Part shown: one piece after another, positions 20,865 through 30,060 of the stretch | How positions within the stretch are numbered: position 1 is the first letter of the stretch | Layout: each line of letters opens with the position of its first letter | Assembly (NCBI GenBank): GCA_038062375.1 | Contig: JBBTXG010000005.1 | Coordinates: forward strand, 121,210-185,209 | Source: Patescibacteria group bacterium | GTDB lineage: Bacteria; Patescibacteriota; Minisyncoccia; Minisyncoccales; UBA10102 | DNA length: 64,000 bases | Reading direction: 5' to 3' | Made by a program: the position numbers and the translations under genes | The notes under the pieces: generated by a model | The model's input: the letters and a program-made list of their open reading frames with translations, nothing else | Databases searched by the model: none | What the model was told of the DNA's origin: nothing

Positions 20865-20889
20865 GGTTGCTTAGCCCGGCTAAGCAACC
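20865..20889. repeat. REP-like palindrome copy 3
   Basis: Exact GGTTGCTTAGCCCGGCTAAGCAACC. Confidence 0.95.
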
Positions 20890-21088
20890 ACGCTTCTTCT
20901 CTCATAAGGGTAGGATAAACAAAATTGCCAAAATAGAAAAGTCACAGAGAAACAGTATACGTGTTCCCTGTGGCCGCGCACTTACTCCTCTACAACCACT
21001 GTATCCTTCTCAAGGACCAATCCTCCACCATATCGTTGCCAAAAAACTCTGCGGCCTCCATAAAGGATCCATTTATTAAAAGTCAAGA

Positions 21089-21532
21089 TTATGGGGTAAG
21101 CATCACTTCGTCGCCAATGGAGATGTTGTGGTTTTTCGCCCAGTTGGCATTTACTTCGAGAACATACAACACCGGCAAAGATGGCTGGAAAATGTCAGGA
21201 TAGGTTTGGGGCGCTACGTTATCTTCGATGCCAACAATTTTTCTATTTTTATCAATCCAAATAATATCTATGGAAAAACGCATATCCGGCATCCAAAAAC
21301 CCGGTATAAAAGGCTTCTTGTATACAAAAAGCATGCCTGCGTTTTCCGCGAGTGACTCGCGGCCCGAAAGCCCAACCGACTGCTCCTCTGGGGTACGAAC
21401 CACTTGGAGCCCAAGCTCATGCCCGTTTATAACCGCAACTGGTTGCTTAGCCCGGCTAAGCAACCACGGGCTAAACAACCAGACTGCAATTAAAATGCCG
21501 AATCCTGTAGCTGCAAGCAAGAGATACTTCAT
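21089..21532 (-). CDS. DUF192-family protein with N-terminal anchor
   Basis: 147 aa with EQSVGLSGRESL...GMLFVY...FWMPDMRFSIDIIWID, typical of DUF192. Confidence 0.7.
   Translation of the reverse strand: MKYLLLAATGFGILIAVWLFSPWLLSRAKQPVAVINGHELGLQVVRTPEEQSVGLSGRESLAENAGMLFVYKKPFIPGFWMPDMRFSIDIIWIDKNRKIVGIEDNVAPQTYPDIFQPSLPVLYVLEVNANWAKNHNISIGDEVMLTP
21442..21481. repeat. REP-like palindrome copy 4 (full 25-mer plus degenerate half-site), inside the DUF192 CDS
   Basis: Exact 25-mer at 21442-21466, then GGCTAAACAACC at 21470-21481. Read in frame it encodes VWLFSPWLLSRAKQP. Confidence 0.9.
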
Positions 21533-22593
21533 GAGTGTTTAATCTCAATGACATCTCCGTCTCGCACCACATACTCTTTTCCTTCCGTGCGGATCCAGCC
21601 TTTTGTCATTGCTTCTCCAATGCTGCCTGCTTGGAAAAGTTTGTCCCATGGTATCACCAATGCTTTAATAAATTTTTTCTCAAAATCACTATGGATTACC
21701 CCGCCTGCCTGCGGGGCTTTTTCCCCTCGTCTTATGGTCCATGCACGAGTCTCGTCGGGACCGGTGGTGAAAAAAGTAATCAGATCTAAAAGTTGGTATG
21801 ACTTTGCAATAAGCTCTCCCAGCCTGGAAGGCTTCAGTCCAAGTTCTTTGATTTCTTCAAGGGCAAGTCCCGCAACATCAAGTTCTTCTTTCAGATTCAC
21901 TACCACAAAAGGGGCACCGAGGCTATTCGCCTTTTCTTTCGCTCGAGTCGCTTCGTTCGAGGAGTTTGCATTAAAAAGATAGAGAATCGGCTTTGCAGAA
22001 AGAAGAAATAACGGTTTGAGGATTTCCGTTGATTCCAGATGCTCTTGCATAAAAGAAAAAGAAGGCTTTCCCTTGTTCATAAATGACTGCAAATCCTGCA
22101 GCATAGCTACCTCTTCTACTGCTTCTTTTTTCTGTCCTCGAACTTCCCGTTCAAGGTTAAAAAGCCGTTTGGTGATGGTTTCTAAATCTTTCAAGATCAG
22201 TTCGGTCTGGATCGTTTCCATGTCGCGTATCGGATCAACTCCTTGTTCCACGTGCACAATATCCGGATCTTCAAAGCATCTCACCACTTGAACAATCGCA
22301 TCTACCTCCCGGATATTCGCCAAAAATTGGTTGCCCAATCCCTCTCCTTTATTGGCGCCTCGCACCAGTCCCGCGATGTCCACAAACTCTACCACTGCGG
22401 GAATTATTTTTGCTGAACGCAAAAGAACGGCTAATTTCCCGAGCCGTTCATCGGGAACTTTCACAATCCCCACGTTAGGATCAATCGTGCAAAACGGATA
22501 ATTCGCGATGTCTACCTTCTTTCTTGTGAGGGCTTGAAACAATGTGGACTTGCCGACATTGGGCAAACCAACAATGCCAATGGATAATGCCAT
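21529..22593 (-). CDS. ychF: ribosome-binding ATPase YchF
   Basis: 354 aa with GIVGLPNVGKSTLF and a C-terminal TGS-like domain. Confidence 0.92.
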   Translation of the reverse strand: MALSIGIVGLPNVGKSTLFQALTRKKVDIANYPFCTIDPNVGIVKVPDERLGKLAVLLRSAKIIPAVVEFVDIAGLVRGANKGEGLGNQFLANIREVDAIVQVVRCFEDPDIVHVEQGVDPIRDMETIQTELILKDLETITKRLFNLEREVRGQKKEAVEEVAMLQDLQSFMNKGKPSFSFMQEHLESTEILKPLFLLSAKPILYLFNANSSNEATRAKEKANSLGAPFVVVNLKEELDVAGLALEEIKELGLKPSRLGELIAKSYQLLDLITFFTTGPDETRAWTIRRGEKAPQAGGVIHSDFEKKFIKALVIPWDKLFQAGSIGEAMTKGWIRTEGKEYVVRDGDVIEIKHS

Positions 22594-22609
22594 ACAAAAA
22601 ACAACGAAC

Positions 22610-22834
22610 CTAATTACTCTCCGTTTCCTCCTCTTCCAATTCCGCCTTGATCTCCTGGAATTCGTTGTCCAGTTCTCGCAGCCTTTCCTTGAGAGATTTG
22701 ATCAAGACAGCTCCTTCTTTGACTTTCTCTAATCCCTTCTCCACATCCACTTCTTTCTGCTCTTGAAACCAAAGCGTAATTTCTTCTAATTTCTTCAACG
22801 AAGCTGCAATGTTTTCTTTTTTATTCTCACTCAT
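22610..22834 (-). CDS. xseB: exodeoxyribonuclease VII small subunit
   Basis: About 74 aa from MSENKK, helical, with an 8-nt overlap with xseA. Confidence 0.75.
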   Translation of the reverse strand: MSENKKENIAASLKKLEEITLWFQEQKEVDVEKGLEKVKEGAVLIKSLKERLRELDNEFQEIKAELEEEETESN

Positions 22835-24116
22835 AGTGGTTGTCCTCAATTTTTTGAACTTGAGAAGAAAACTCTCCTTGCGCAACTCGCGCAGATACAA
22901 TCTCTCCGACGCGCAGGTTTTCCACATTTTTTACCACCTTTTGCTGCCCATTCCAAATAATGCTGTAGCCAAGTCGCAAATTTCGTTCAGGACTCACTGC
23001 CAAGAGATACTGCTGACTTCTCTCCATAAGCTGTTTCTTCTCACGGAACGCATCATCCATTCGTCTCATCAGCTGCAAGCGTGCCATTTCGGTTTTCTCC
23101 TCTATCTCTTTTCTTTTGGAGCAAAGCACATCGAGCGCATTTCGTATTGCGTGTTCAAATTGCCCAAATATCTGGAGAACCATCCTCGCTTTCGAGAAAA
23201 TCCTTTCTGCGGTTACTTGGACTCGCGACTGCGTACTCGTAAACCATCGTTCGTAGATATGAAGTAAAACTCCTTGGAGATGCGGCAACTCCCCTCTCAA
23301 GGAATCCCAAGATTGGTTCACCGCAATCGCGGCTGCCGTAGGAGTAGAAACAGAAACATCGGCAGCCAAGCACGCGATCGGCACATCCACCTCGTGGCCT
23401 ATCCCACAGAGCACGGGAATTTGAGAAGCAAAAATAGCTCGGACTACCTTTTCATTGTTAAACGCCTGCATACTTTCGAGACTTCCTCCTCCTCTGATCA
23501 GAACGAGCACGTCAAGATCCCTCCGATGCATCCCAAGCCACTCAAGCGCTCCTACCACGCTGGAAACTGCTCCCCTTCCTTCCATTCTGGAATCCACAAA
23601 AGAGATTTGAAAACCCAATGGGTTGAGATTTTTCATAAAATCGTGAATCACCACTCCGCTTTTTGATGTAATCAGCCCTATCTTCTCGATAAATGAGGGA
23701 AGCGGCCGTTTTCGAGCGAAAAGACCTTCTTTCTCCAATTCTTTCTTGAGCAGTTCATACGCTTGTTTCAACGCGCCTTCCCCTATTGGTTCAAGTGTCT
23801 TGGTTCGAAAATGCAATTCTCCCCAGGGTTTGTAGATTTCAGGGTGTCCTCCTACTTTCACCTCCATCCCTTCTTTAATTGGCATTCCTATCTCTTTGTA
23901 CGTCCAAAGCCACATGGCACAGCGAAGAATACTTCCATCTTCTTTATCTTTAAGATCGAACTTAATAAATTTTTTAAAGGATTTCAATCCGCTCACCTCT
24001 CCCTGCACGAATACATCCTCTGCGACGAGAACCTCATTGAGAACATCTAAGAAGTCGCTTACCGAAAATATATGCCCTTCCTCTCTTTTGAATGGTTGGA
24101 ACAACAGGGGTTGCAT
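22827..24116 (-). CDS. xseA: exodeoxyribonuclease VII large subunit
   Basis: 429 aa with an N-terminal OB fold (VFVQGEVSGLK) and RGGGS. Confidence 0.88.
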   Translation of the reverse strand: MQPLLFQPFKREEGHIFSVSDFLDVLNEVLVAEDVFVQGEVSGLKSFKKFIKFDLKDKEDGSILRCAMWLWTYKEIGMPIKEGMEVKVGGHPEIYKPWGELHFRTKTLEPIGEGALKQAYELLKKELEKEGLFARKRPLPSFIEKIGLITSKSGVVIHDFMKNLNPLGFQISFVDSRMEGRGAVSSVVGALEWLGMHRRDLDVLVLIRGGGSLESMQAFNNEKVVRAIFASQIPVLCGIGHEVDVPIACLAADVSVSTPTAAAIAVNQSWDSLRGELPHLQGVLLHIYERWFTSTQSRVQVTAERIFSKARMVLQIFGQFEHAIRNALDVLCSKRKEIEEKTEMARLQLMRRMDDAFREKKQLMERSQQYLLAVSPERNLRLGYSIIWNGQQKVVKNVENLRVGEIVSARVAQGEFSSQVQKIEDNHYE

Positions 24117-24118
24117 GG

Positions 24119-24835
24119 TTAGAAAATAAGGGTTCCTTGAAAATCTTTTCCCTCGATTGCCCGCTTGAAATTTTGCAAATCAGTTCCCTGAATAGTTTTT
24201 ACGGTAAGTTTTTGTTTTTCCGCAAAGTGCGCGGCAATGGGATCTACGGGACAAGAGAGTCCGGGAGTCCACTTGACAGGGATCAATTTTCGGTATTCTC
24301 GCCAAGAAATCTCACGGATGGGCTTGGCGTCTCTCCATATTTTAGGATCCTTGTCGTATACAAAAGGGATATTGCTCGCGTTGATAATTTCTTTTGCTCC
24401 AAAACGATATGCGAGCCGCATTGCCACGTGATCAGTGGATTGTCCCGGCTGCCATCCTGAAGCAACAAGTACGTTCTTTCTTTGTTGTTGTAAGCGCTGA
24501 ACCTCCCTTATCGAGGGTTCACGGTCAATAATTGCACGATATGCTTCTTTCTTGAATATGGTGTACAGCAAATACGCGTTGAGCCTTGTCGCGTAGATTC
24601 CTATCCAATCAAGATCATCGCTTGTACTCTCCCCTGTCTCGGAGGCAGTTTTTTGGTACATGCGCGCAGTCCTCCCTCCTCCAGCAACAATAACAAATCT
24701 TTTCTCTTTTTTGATTTCTCTCCTCAAAAATTCCCTCAAACTCTTTAGAAAAGGTACATTAATCCCCCCTTCATCTGAAAGATGCGGCACTATGAGAGAC
24801 CCTCCGAGTGAAATTACAATAAAATTTCGTGCCAT
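24119..24835 (-). CDS. pyrH: amino-acid-kinase-family UMP kinase-like protein
   Basis: From MARNFIVISLGGS...VIVAGGG. A GGAGAAGG RBS precedes this Met. The longer track ORF would read through the REP copy. Confidence 0.7.
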   Translation of the reverse strand: MARNFIVISLGGSLIVPHLSDEGGINVPFLKSLREFLRREIKKEKRFVIVAGGGRTARMYQKTASETGESTSDDLDWIGIYATRLNAYLLYTIFKKEAYRAIIDREPSIREVQRLQQQRKNVLVASGWQPGQSTDHVAMRLAYRFGAKEIINASNIPFVYDKDPKIWRDAKPIREISWREYRKLIPVKWTPGLSCPVDPIAAHFAEKQKLTVKTIQGTDLQNFKRAIEGKDFQGTLIF

Positions 24836-24890
24836 ACCTTCTCCTCTATCGTATCTCCCTCCCTGTGTGTTGTCCAGCGCCGCCATGAAG

Positions 24891-24949
24891 CGTTGCTTAT
24901 GGTTGCTTAGCCGGGCTAAGCAACCAATGGAACTAAGCAACCAATGGAA
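24891..24949. repeat. REP-like palindrome copy 5 (opposite orientation) with 17-nt tandem duplication
   Basis: GGTTGCTTAGCCGGGCTAAGCAACC at 24901-24925 (central G). CTAAGCAACCAATGGAA occurs twice in tandem (24916-24932 and 24933-24949). A degenerate left half lies at 24891-24900. Confidence 0.9.
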
Positions 24950-24994
24950 GGGTTGACCCACAAAGTAACATTCGCGCTCTCCAAAAACAGATAA

Positions 24995-25807
24995 TCAAAA
25001 CTCAAGCAGCATGCGCTCTAAAGCCAATCTTGTATTTATATTCGTGCTTCCAAGGAGAAAAGAAATACCCTGAATTGTTCTCACTGTGCGCAGGAGCTTT
25101 GGCACATCTCCAGAGTTCTCCTTTACTTTCTCGAGCAGGCGTATTCTCGCGTATCGAAGGAAATCTTCGAGAGTTTCTTGCATATGTTCTGGCGATTCTG
25201 AAAGTTTCTTTGCCCAGACAAATCGCTCTTGGATGCTTAAAGTATGAAGTTTCTCAAAATTTTTTTGAGACTCGCTTGACGCCTTCGAAAACTGCTTGAA
25301 ATTGTAAAACTTTATCTCCTGCGCTCGCGAACGAATCGTATCCAAAAGTATTTGAGAGTAATCTGCGAGTAAGAGAAAAAGGGTATTTCCTTTTGGCTCT
25401 TCTAACAACTTCAAAAATGCAGATTGCGCCTCTTGGTTCATCGCGTGAGCTTTCTCCATAATGATAATCTTCCAAGGAGAAACCCATGCTCCCAAGCTTA
25501 GATACGCAGAAAGTTCTCTTATCTGCGAGATTTTAATCTCTTCTTTCCTCCAGGATGCTTCCTCGTCAACCGCAGGTTTGAGGAAAGTTACATCAGGAAA
25601 TCGACGCCCCTCAATTGCCTTGCAAGATTTACAGACATCGCATGGCTTCCTCTCTTGCTGTTCGCAATTGAGAAATTTTGCGAGACGAAAAGCAGTATCT
25701 CTTTTCGCTTCACGATCATTGCCAGAAAAAATATAAGCGTGAGAAAGTCGTCCAAGTTCAGCAGATTTTCTCAAAAATTCCCACTGATGAAGAAAGAACT
25801 GTTTCAT
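24995..25807 (-). CDS. holB: DNA polymerase III delta-prime subunit
   Basis: 270 aa with HAYIFSG and CDVCKSCKAIE. Confidence 0.8.
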   Translation of the reverse strand: MKQFFLHQWEFLRKSAELGRLSHAYIFSGNDREAKRDTAFRLAKFLNCEQQERKPCDVCKSCKAIEGRRFPDVTFLKPAVDEEASWRKEEIKISQIRELSAYLSLGAWVSPWKIIIMEKAHAMNQEAQSAFLKLLEEPKGNTLFLLLADYSQILLDTIRSRAQEIKFYNFKQFSKASSESQKNFEKLHTLSIQERFVWAKKLSESPEHMQETLEDFLRYARIRLLEKVKENSGDVPKLLRTVRTIQGISFLLGSTNINTRLALERMLLEF

Positions 25808-25822
25808 GCACGTGAACTACTT

Positions 25823-26830
25823 CTATTTTTTGCTCATGATGCTTTGCTTGTATATTTCCAGACTATCTAACACCACGCCTGTTCCCCTTGCTACACAGGC
25901 GAGAGGGTCGTCTGCGATAAAGCAAGGAACTCCGATTGACTGGGCAATGAGTTGATCGATACTCCTCAACAATGCTCCCCCTCCGGTCAGAACCATTCCT
26001 TTATCCATAATATCTGCAGAAAGTTCGGGAGGAGTGTCTCGTAAGAGAGTTTTTATGCTCAAAATGATCTCTTCTAAAGGCTCTGCAATTGCTTGCGCAA
26101 TCTCATTGGAAGAAACTTTGATGTTTTTTGGCAATCCATGCACCAAGTCTCTTCCGCGGATTTCTACAAATGTCTCTGTCTTTTCCGGAAGCGCTGTTCC
26201 AATTTTGATCTTAATCTCTTCTGCGGTATTTTCTCCGATCGCTAAATTGTGCTTTCTCTTGATGAATTCTGCAATTGCTTGATCGAGCTTATCTCCCGCA
26301 ACCCTCAAGGAGCTTACCACTACAATACCGCCCAAAGAAATAACTGCTACTTCGGTGGTTCCGCCTCCAATGTTAACCACCATGTGCCCCGAGGAAGAAT
26401 TGATGGGAATGCCCGCTCCAATCGCAGCCAAGATTGGTTCTTTTGCTACATAAGCTGCCTTTGCCCCTGCGAGTTGCGTAGCTTCAATAACTGCTCTTTT
26501 CTCGGTGGACGTGACGCCGGCGGGTATTGAAACTAACACTTCGGGCTTTAAGAACTGATATCGAGGAATAACTTTTTTCAGAAAGTAGCGGATCATTGCG
26601 AGCGTTACTCTGAAATCTGCAATCACTCCTTCTCGGAGAGGCCGATATACTCGAATGGTGTCAGGCGTGCGGCCGGTCATTTCCTTTGCAGCTTCTCCCA
26701 CTGCCAAGATTCTATTGTCTCCAACACCAACCGCGACAACGGAGGGTTCGTTAAGCACTACCCCTTTTTGAGGAATAAACACCAAGGAATTGCATGTTCC
26801 CAGATCAATGCCAACTTTAGTGACAAACAT
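25823..26830 (-). CDS. mreB: rod-shape protein MreB
   Basis: 335 aa with actin-fold motifs (GIDLGT, NIGGGTTEVA). Confidence 0.95.
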   Translation of the reverse strand: MFVTKVGIDLGTCNSLVFIPQKGVVLNEPSVVAVGVGDNRILAVGEAAKEMTGRTPDTIRVYRPLREGVIADFRVTLAMIRYFLKKVIPRYQFLKPEVLVSIPAGVTSTEKRAVIEATQLAGAKAAYVAKEPILAAIGAGIPINSSSGHMVVNIGGGTTEVAVISLGGIVVVSSLRVAGDKLDQAIAEFIKRKHNLAIGENTAEEIKIKIGTALPEKTETFVEIRGRDLVHGLPKNIKVSSNEIAQAIAEPLEEIILSIKTLLRDTPPELSADIMDKGMVLTGGGALLRSIDQLIAQSIGVPCFIADDPLACVARGTGVVLDSLEIYKQSIMSKK

Positions 26831-26837
26831 AACGGAA

Positions 26838-28112
26838 TTAACCCTTTACTCGTTTAATATCTGCTCCCAATTTCTGCAAACGTTCTTCGATGCGTTCGTA
26901 TCCTCGATCTACCTGATAGATATTGGTAATCGTGCTTTTCCCTTTTGCCATCAGAGCTGCCATGATCAGTGCAGCGCCGCCCCGCAAATCAAAGGTCCCA
27001 AGATCGGCGCCATAAAGTTTTGTAGGCCCGTTGATAATCGCTCGATGGGGATCGGTAAAGTAAACTTCTGCCCCCATTTTATTCAATTCTTCCAAGTACT
27101 TCAATCTCCCTTCGTAAAGGGGATCATGAAGCAGGGTTGATCCTTTCGATTGAGTCGCGAGCACGCCGAGAACACTTTGTAAATCCGAATGAATGCCGGG
27201 GTACATTAAGCTTTGAATTTTATCGATCTTCAATCTTTTTGCGGGGAAGATTCGTACTTCTCCCCTCCTTGCATGAGGAAGAATTTCTACGTTTGCGCCA
27301 AAATCTCGTAGCTTCTTTAAGAATAACTCGAGAAAACGAATCTCCACGTTCTTTACTGCCATAGTTCCTTTTGTCCCAATGCCAAAGGCAATAAAGGTTC
27401 CCGCTTCTATGGGATCTGCAATAAGGTAATGTCGTACTCCACGTAAGCGTTTCGCTCCCTCGATCACAATCGTATGAAGTTCAGGGATGCGAATCCGAAC
27501 CCCCATTTGTTCAAGAAATCGAATCAACTCTTGAACTTGATAGTCTTGATCTGCGATTTTAAGAGTGACGGGCGTGTCAAGCAAACTCGCAAAGAGCAAT
27601 ATATTTTCTGTCGCAGTGACGGAAAACTCATTCAAGATGACTTCCTGATTCTTGAGTTCTCCAGAAAATTGCATTTCAAATCCCCCTCGGGTTGGAGAAA
27701 TCTGAACACCCAATTGAGAAAACGCATCGAGATGCGTATCGATCGGCCTTGCGCCAATAATACAGCCGCCTGGTTGGGGAAGATTTATTTTCCCAAACCG
27801 AGCAAGCAACGGCCCAAAAAACAGCACCGAACCCCGCAGCATGGAAATGAGCTTTCTGTTGATCTGCGAGGGATCGAGATCTTTTGTATTCACCCGTACC
27901 GTTCTTTCCTCAAGCCAATCAATCTTTGCACCCATACTCTCTAAAATATCTACAGTTCGAGATACATCCTCAATGAGCGGAAGATTCTCAATAATGCAAT
28001 CTTCTTTGGTAAGAATAGTTGCAGCCAAAACCGGGAAAGCAGCATTCTTTGCTCCCTGCACCTCAATCTCCCCCTTGAGGGGATTGCCTCCATGAATAAC
28101 AAATCTGTCCAT
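26838..28112 (-). CDS. murA: UDP-N-acetylglucosamine 1-carboxyvinyltransferase
   Basis: 424 aa with GAKNAAFPVLAA and PGGCIIGARPID (catalytic Cys). Confidence 0.95.
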   Translation of the reverse strand: MDRFVIHGGNPLKGEIEVQGAKNAAFPVLAATILTKEDCIIENLPLIEDVSRTVDILESMGAKIDWLEERTVRVNTKDLDPSQINRKLISMLRGSVLFFGPLLARFGKINLPQPGGCIIGARPIDTHLDAFSQLGVQISPTRGGFEMQFSGELKNQEVILNEFSVTATENILLFASLLDTPVTLKIADQDYQVQELIRFLEQMGVRIRIPELHTIVIEGAKRLRGVRHYLIADPIEAGTFIAFGIGTKGTMAVKNVEIRFLELFLKKLRDFGANVEILPHARRGEVRIFPAKRLKIDKIQSLMYPGIHSDLQSVLGVLATQSKGSTLLHDPLYEGRLKYLEELNKMGAEVYFTDPHRAIINGPTKLYGADLGTFDLRGGAALIMAALMAKGKSTITNIYQVDRGYERIEERLQKLGADIKRVKG

Positions 28113-28174
28113 CGCCGCCTATTGTAGCGCAAAATTTTTCTCATTGCAACTCCCATTTTTTTGTCAAATTTTGG

Positions 28175-29584
28175 TTGATGCATTATACTATTCATACCAT
28201 GACCAAACACCAAAGGATCGTTTTATTGTTAAGTTTGACTCTTGTGTTCTTTCTTGCCACCCCCACCCTCATACTTTACTCTCAAGGATATCGAATTGAC
28301 TGGAAAGCAAAACGAATTACGCAAGTCGGAGCCTTCTATCTCAAAATAACCCCGTCTCGAGTGAATGTCTTTGTTGATGGCAAGCTCGAGGATACAACGA
28401 GCTTGATTTCTGACATTTCCGTAGTTGAAAATCTTATTCCTCAACGCTATGCCATCCAAGTTTCCAAAGATGGGTACCATCCCTGGAAAAAAACGCTTGA
28501 AATACATCCAAAGCACATAACTTCGGCGAAAAATATTCTCTTGATTCCGAGCGAAATCAAAACACGAACTCTCGCAAGCCGAGTTCAAAAGTTCTGGATT
28601 GCTCCTCATGGACGGGAAGCAATCCTTCAAAAAATGAATTCTGAAGGAGAATGGAAACTCACTAAGTGGGATTTGGAGAAACATAGTGAATATAAGGTCT
28701 TTGAACCAAAAACACGCAAAGAGAATCTCTGGAATCTCCAGTGGTCTCCAAGTGGAGATGCAATCCTCCTCGAAATCAACGCGGGCGAAACCATACATCG
28801 TTCTATTACGCAATTCAACTCAAAAACTTCATATGATCTTGAATTTCTTGGGCGCCAAGGAGATGAGATCCGTTTTCTCCCAGGGACAAAAGATACAATC
28901 CTTTTTATCCAGCATCTCCCGACTTCTTCTATCCTTATGGAGGCAAATTACACAACCAAAAGCGCCGTTCCTGTCGGACTGGGAAACGTCGTAACATTTG
29001 CGCTCGAGGATAATGAGATTCTCTGGCTCGATACCAAGGGATTTATCTGGCGAAAAAAGATGGGTTTCAATTCAAGTTCGAGTGCCCTCAATACTCAACC
29101 CTTCCCCGTACATTCGGAAACCAAATACGAGATTCTGCTCTTGAATAAAAGGGTTTTTCTCAAGGAGAACGAAAAAGTTTTTCAATTGAACGATGGAACA
29201 AAAAACTTCCAAGAGACTTCTTCTTCTGCGCTTTACGTCTCCTTGAGTCCTGACGAAAAGAAGATTGCGTTTTCAGATGGCTCTGAAATCTGGATCTCCT
29301 ATCTTGAGAACCAAAATGAACAACCTCAACGAAAAAAGGGAGAGAAGGTATTTCTGACGCGCGTAAGCCAACCGATCGAAAACGTCTCATGGCTTGACTC
29401 CCATCATCTTCTCTTTTCGGTTGGAGATACAATCAAAGTCGCTGAAATCGATGATCGAGACACCATCAATATCGTTGATGTCCTCCAAATGCCAAAACCT
29501 CAATTCTTCTGGCAGCCAGAAAATAAAATCTTCTATATCTTAAGTGAAGGAAAATTTTCCGTTTCAGAGAAATTGATCAGATAG
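28175..29584 (+). CDS. membrane-anchored protein with PEGA-like domain and probable beta-propeller
   Basis: 469 aa with a TM anchor and VNVFVDGK...IQVSKDGYHPW (PEGA-like). The C-terminus looks like WD40/TolB-like repeats (inference). Confidence 0.55.
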   Translation: MMHYTIHTMTKHQRIVLLLSLTLVFFLATPTLILYSQGYRIDWKAKRITQVGAFYLKITPSRVNVFVDGKLEDTTSLISDISVVENLIPQRYAIQVSKDGYHPWKKTLEIHPKHITSAKNILLIPSEIKTRTLASRVQKFWIAPHGREAILQKMNSEGEWKLTKWDLEKHSEYKVFEPKTRKENLWNLQWSPSGDAILLEINAGETIHRSITQFNSKTSYDLEFLGRQGDEIRFLPGTKDTILFIQHLPTSSILMEANYTTKSAVPVGLGNVVTFALEDNEILWLDTKGFIWRKKMGFNSSSSALNTQPFPVHSETKYEILLLNKRVFLKENEKVFQLNDGTKNFQETSSSALYVSLSPDEKKIAFSDGSEIWISYLENQNEQPQRKKGEKVFLTRVSQPIENVSWLDSHHLLFSVGDTIKVAEIDDRDTINIVDVLQMPKPQFFWQPENKIFYILSEGKFSVSEKLIR

Positions 29585-29588
29585 AAAA

Positions 29589-30056
29589 CTAGCGTTTTCT
29601 CCATTGACGCGCTCTCCGCGCCCGCCGCAATCCAAATTTCTTTCTCTCGCGCATCCGCGGGTCTCGAGTCAAAAACCCAAAGGTCTTCAAATTCGACCTC
29701 AACCCCTCATCAATCTTAACCAAAGCCCTCGCGATACCTTGTCGGATTGCCTCGGCTTGCGCATGAAGTCCTCCCCCCTCTACTTTTACTGATACGGCAA
29801 ACGATCTGCCAGATGCTCCTTTCCCAAGCGACTCTTGAGCTACTCTCTGATACTCTTTTTCTTGAAAATAGTTTTCCAAGGATTGCCCATTTACGGTCAT
29901 GCTTGCGTTTGGATCTTCATGCACGCGCACATTTGCCACCGCTTCTTTCCGCCTCCCTACCATTTCATAATATGTCTCCTTTTTGCGAGGGGCCTCGACT
30001 TCCTTGATTTCTTTTGGAGACTTCTTTATTTCTTTTTTGCGTACGATGCGTGGCAT
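29589..30056 (-). CDS. rpsI: 30S ribosomal protein S9 (with basic N-terminal extension)
   Basis: C-terminus reads LTRDPRMRERKKFGLRRARRARQWRKR. Confidence 0.92.
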   Translation of the reverse strand: MPRIVRKKEIKKSPKEIKEVEAPRKKETYYEMVGRRKEAVANVRVHEDPNASMTVNGQSLENYFQEKEYQRVAQESLGKGASGRSFAVSVKVEGGGLHAQAEAIRQGIARALVKIDEGLRSNLKTFGFLTRDPRMRERKKFGLRRARRARQWRKR

Positions 30057-30060
30057 GGTG

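Larger units (their letters stand above)
20108..20889 (-). mobile_element. REPtron-like unit: Y1 transposase gene flanked by identical 25-nt palindromes
   Basis: Palindromes at 20108-20132 and 20865-20889 bracket the ORF 20136-20855, leaving gaps of 3 nt and 9 nt. Confidence 0.7.

Noticed and set aside
24119-24961. Longer 280-aa version of the pyrH-like ORF starting at 24961.
   Set aside because: The N-terminal 42 codons are just the translated REP repeat region. A good RBS precedes the internal Met at 24835, which aligns with the kinase N-terminus.
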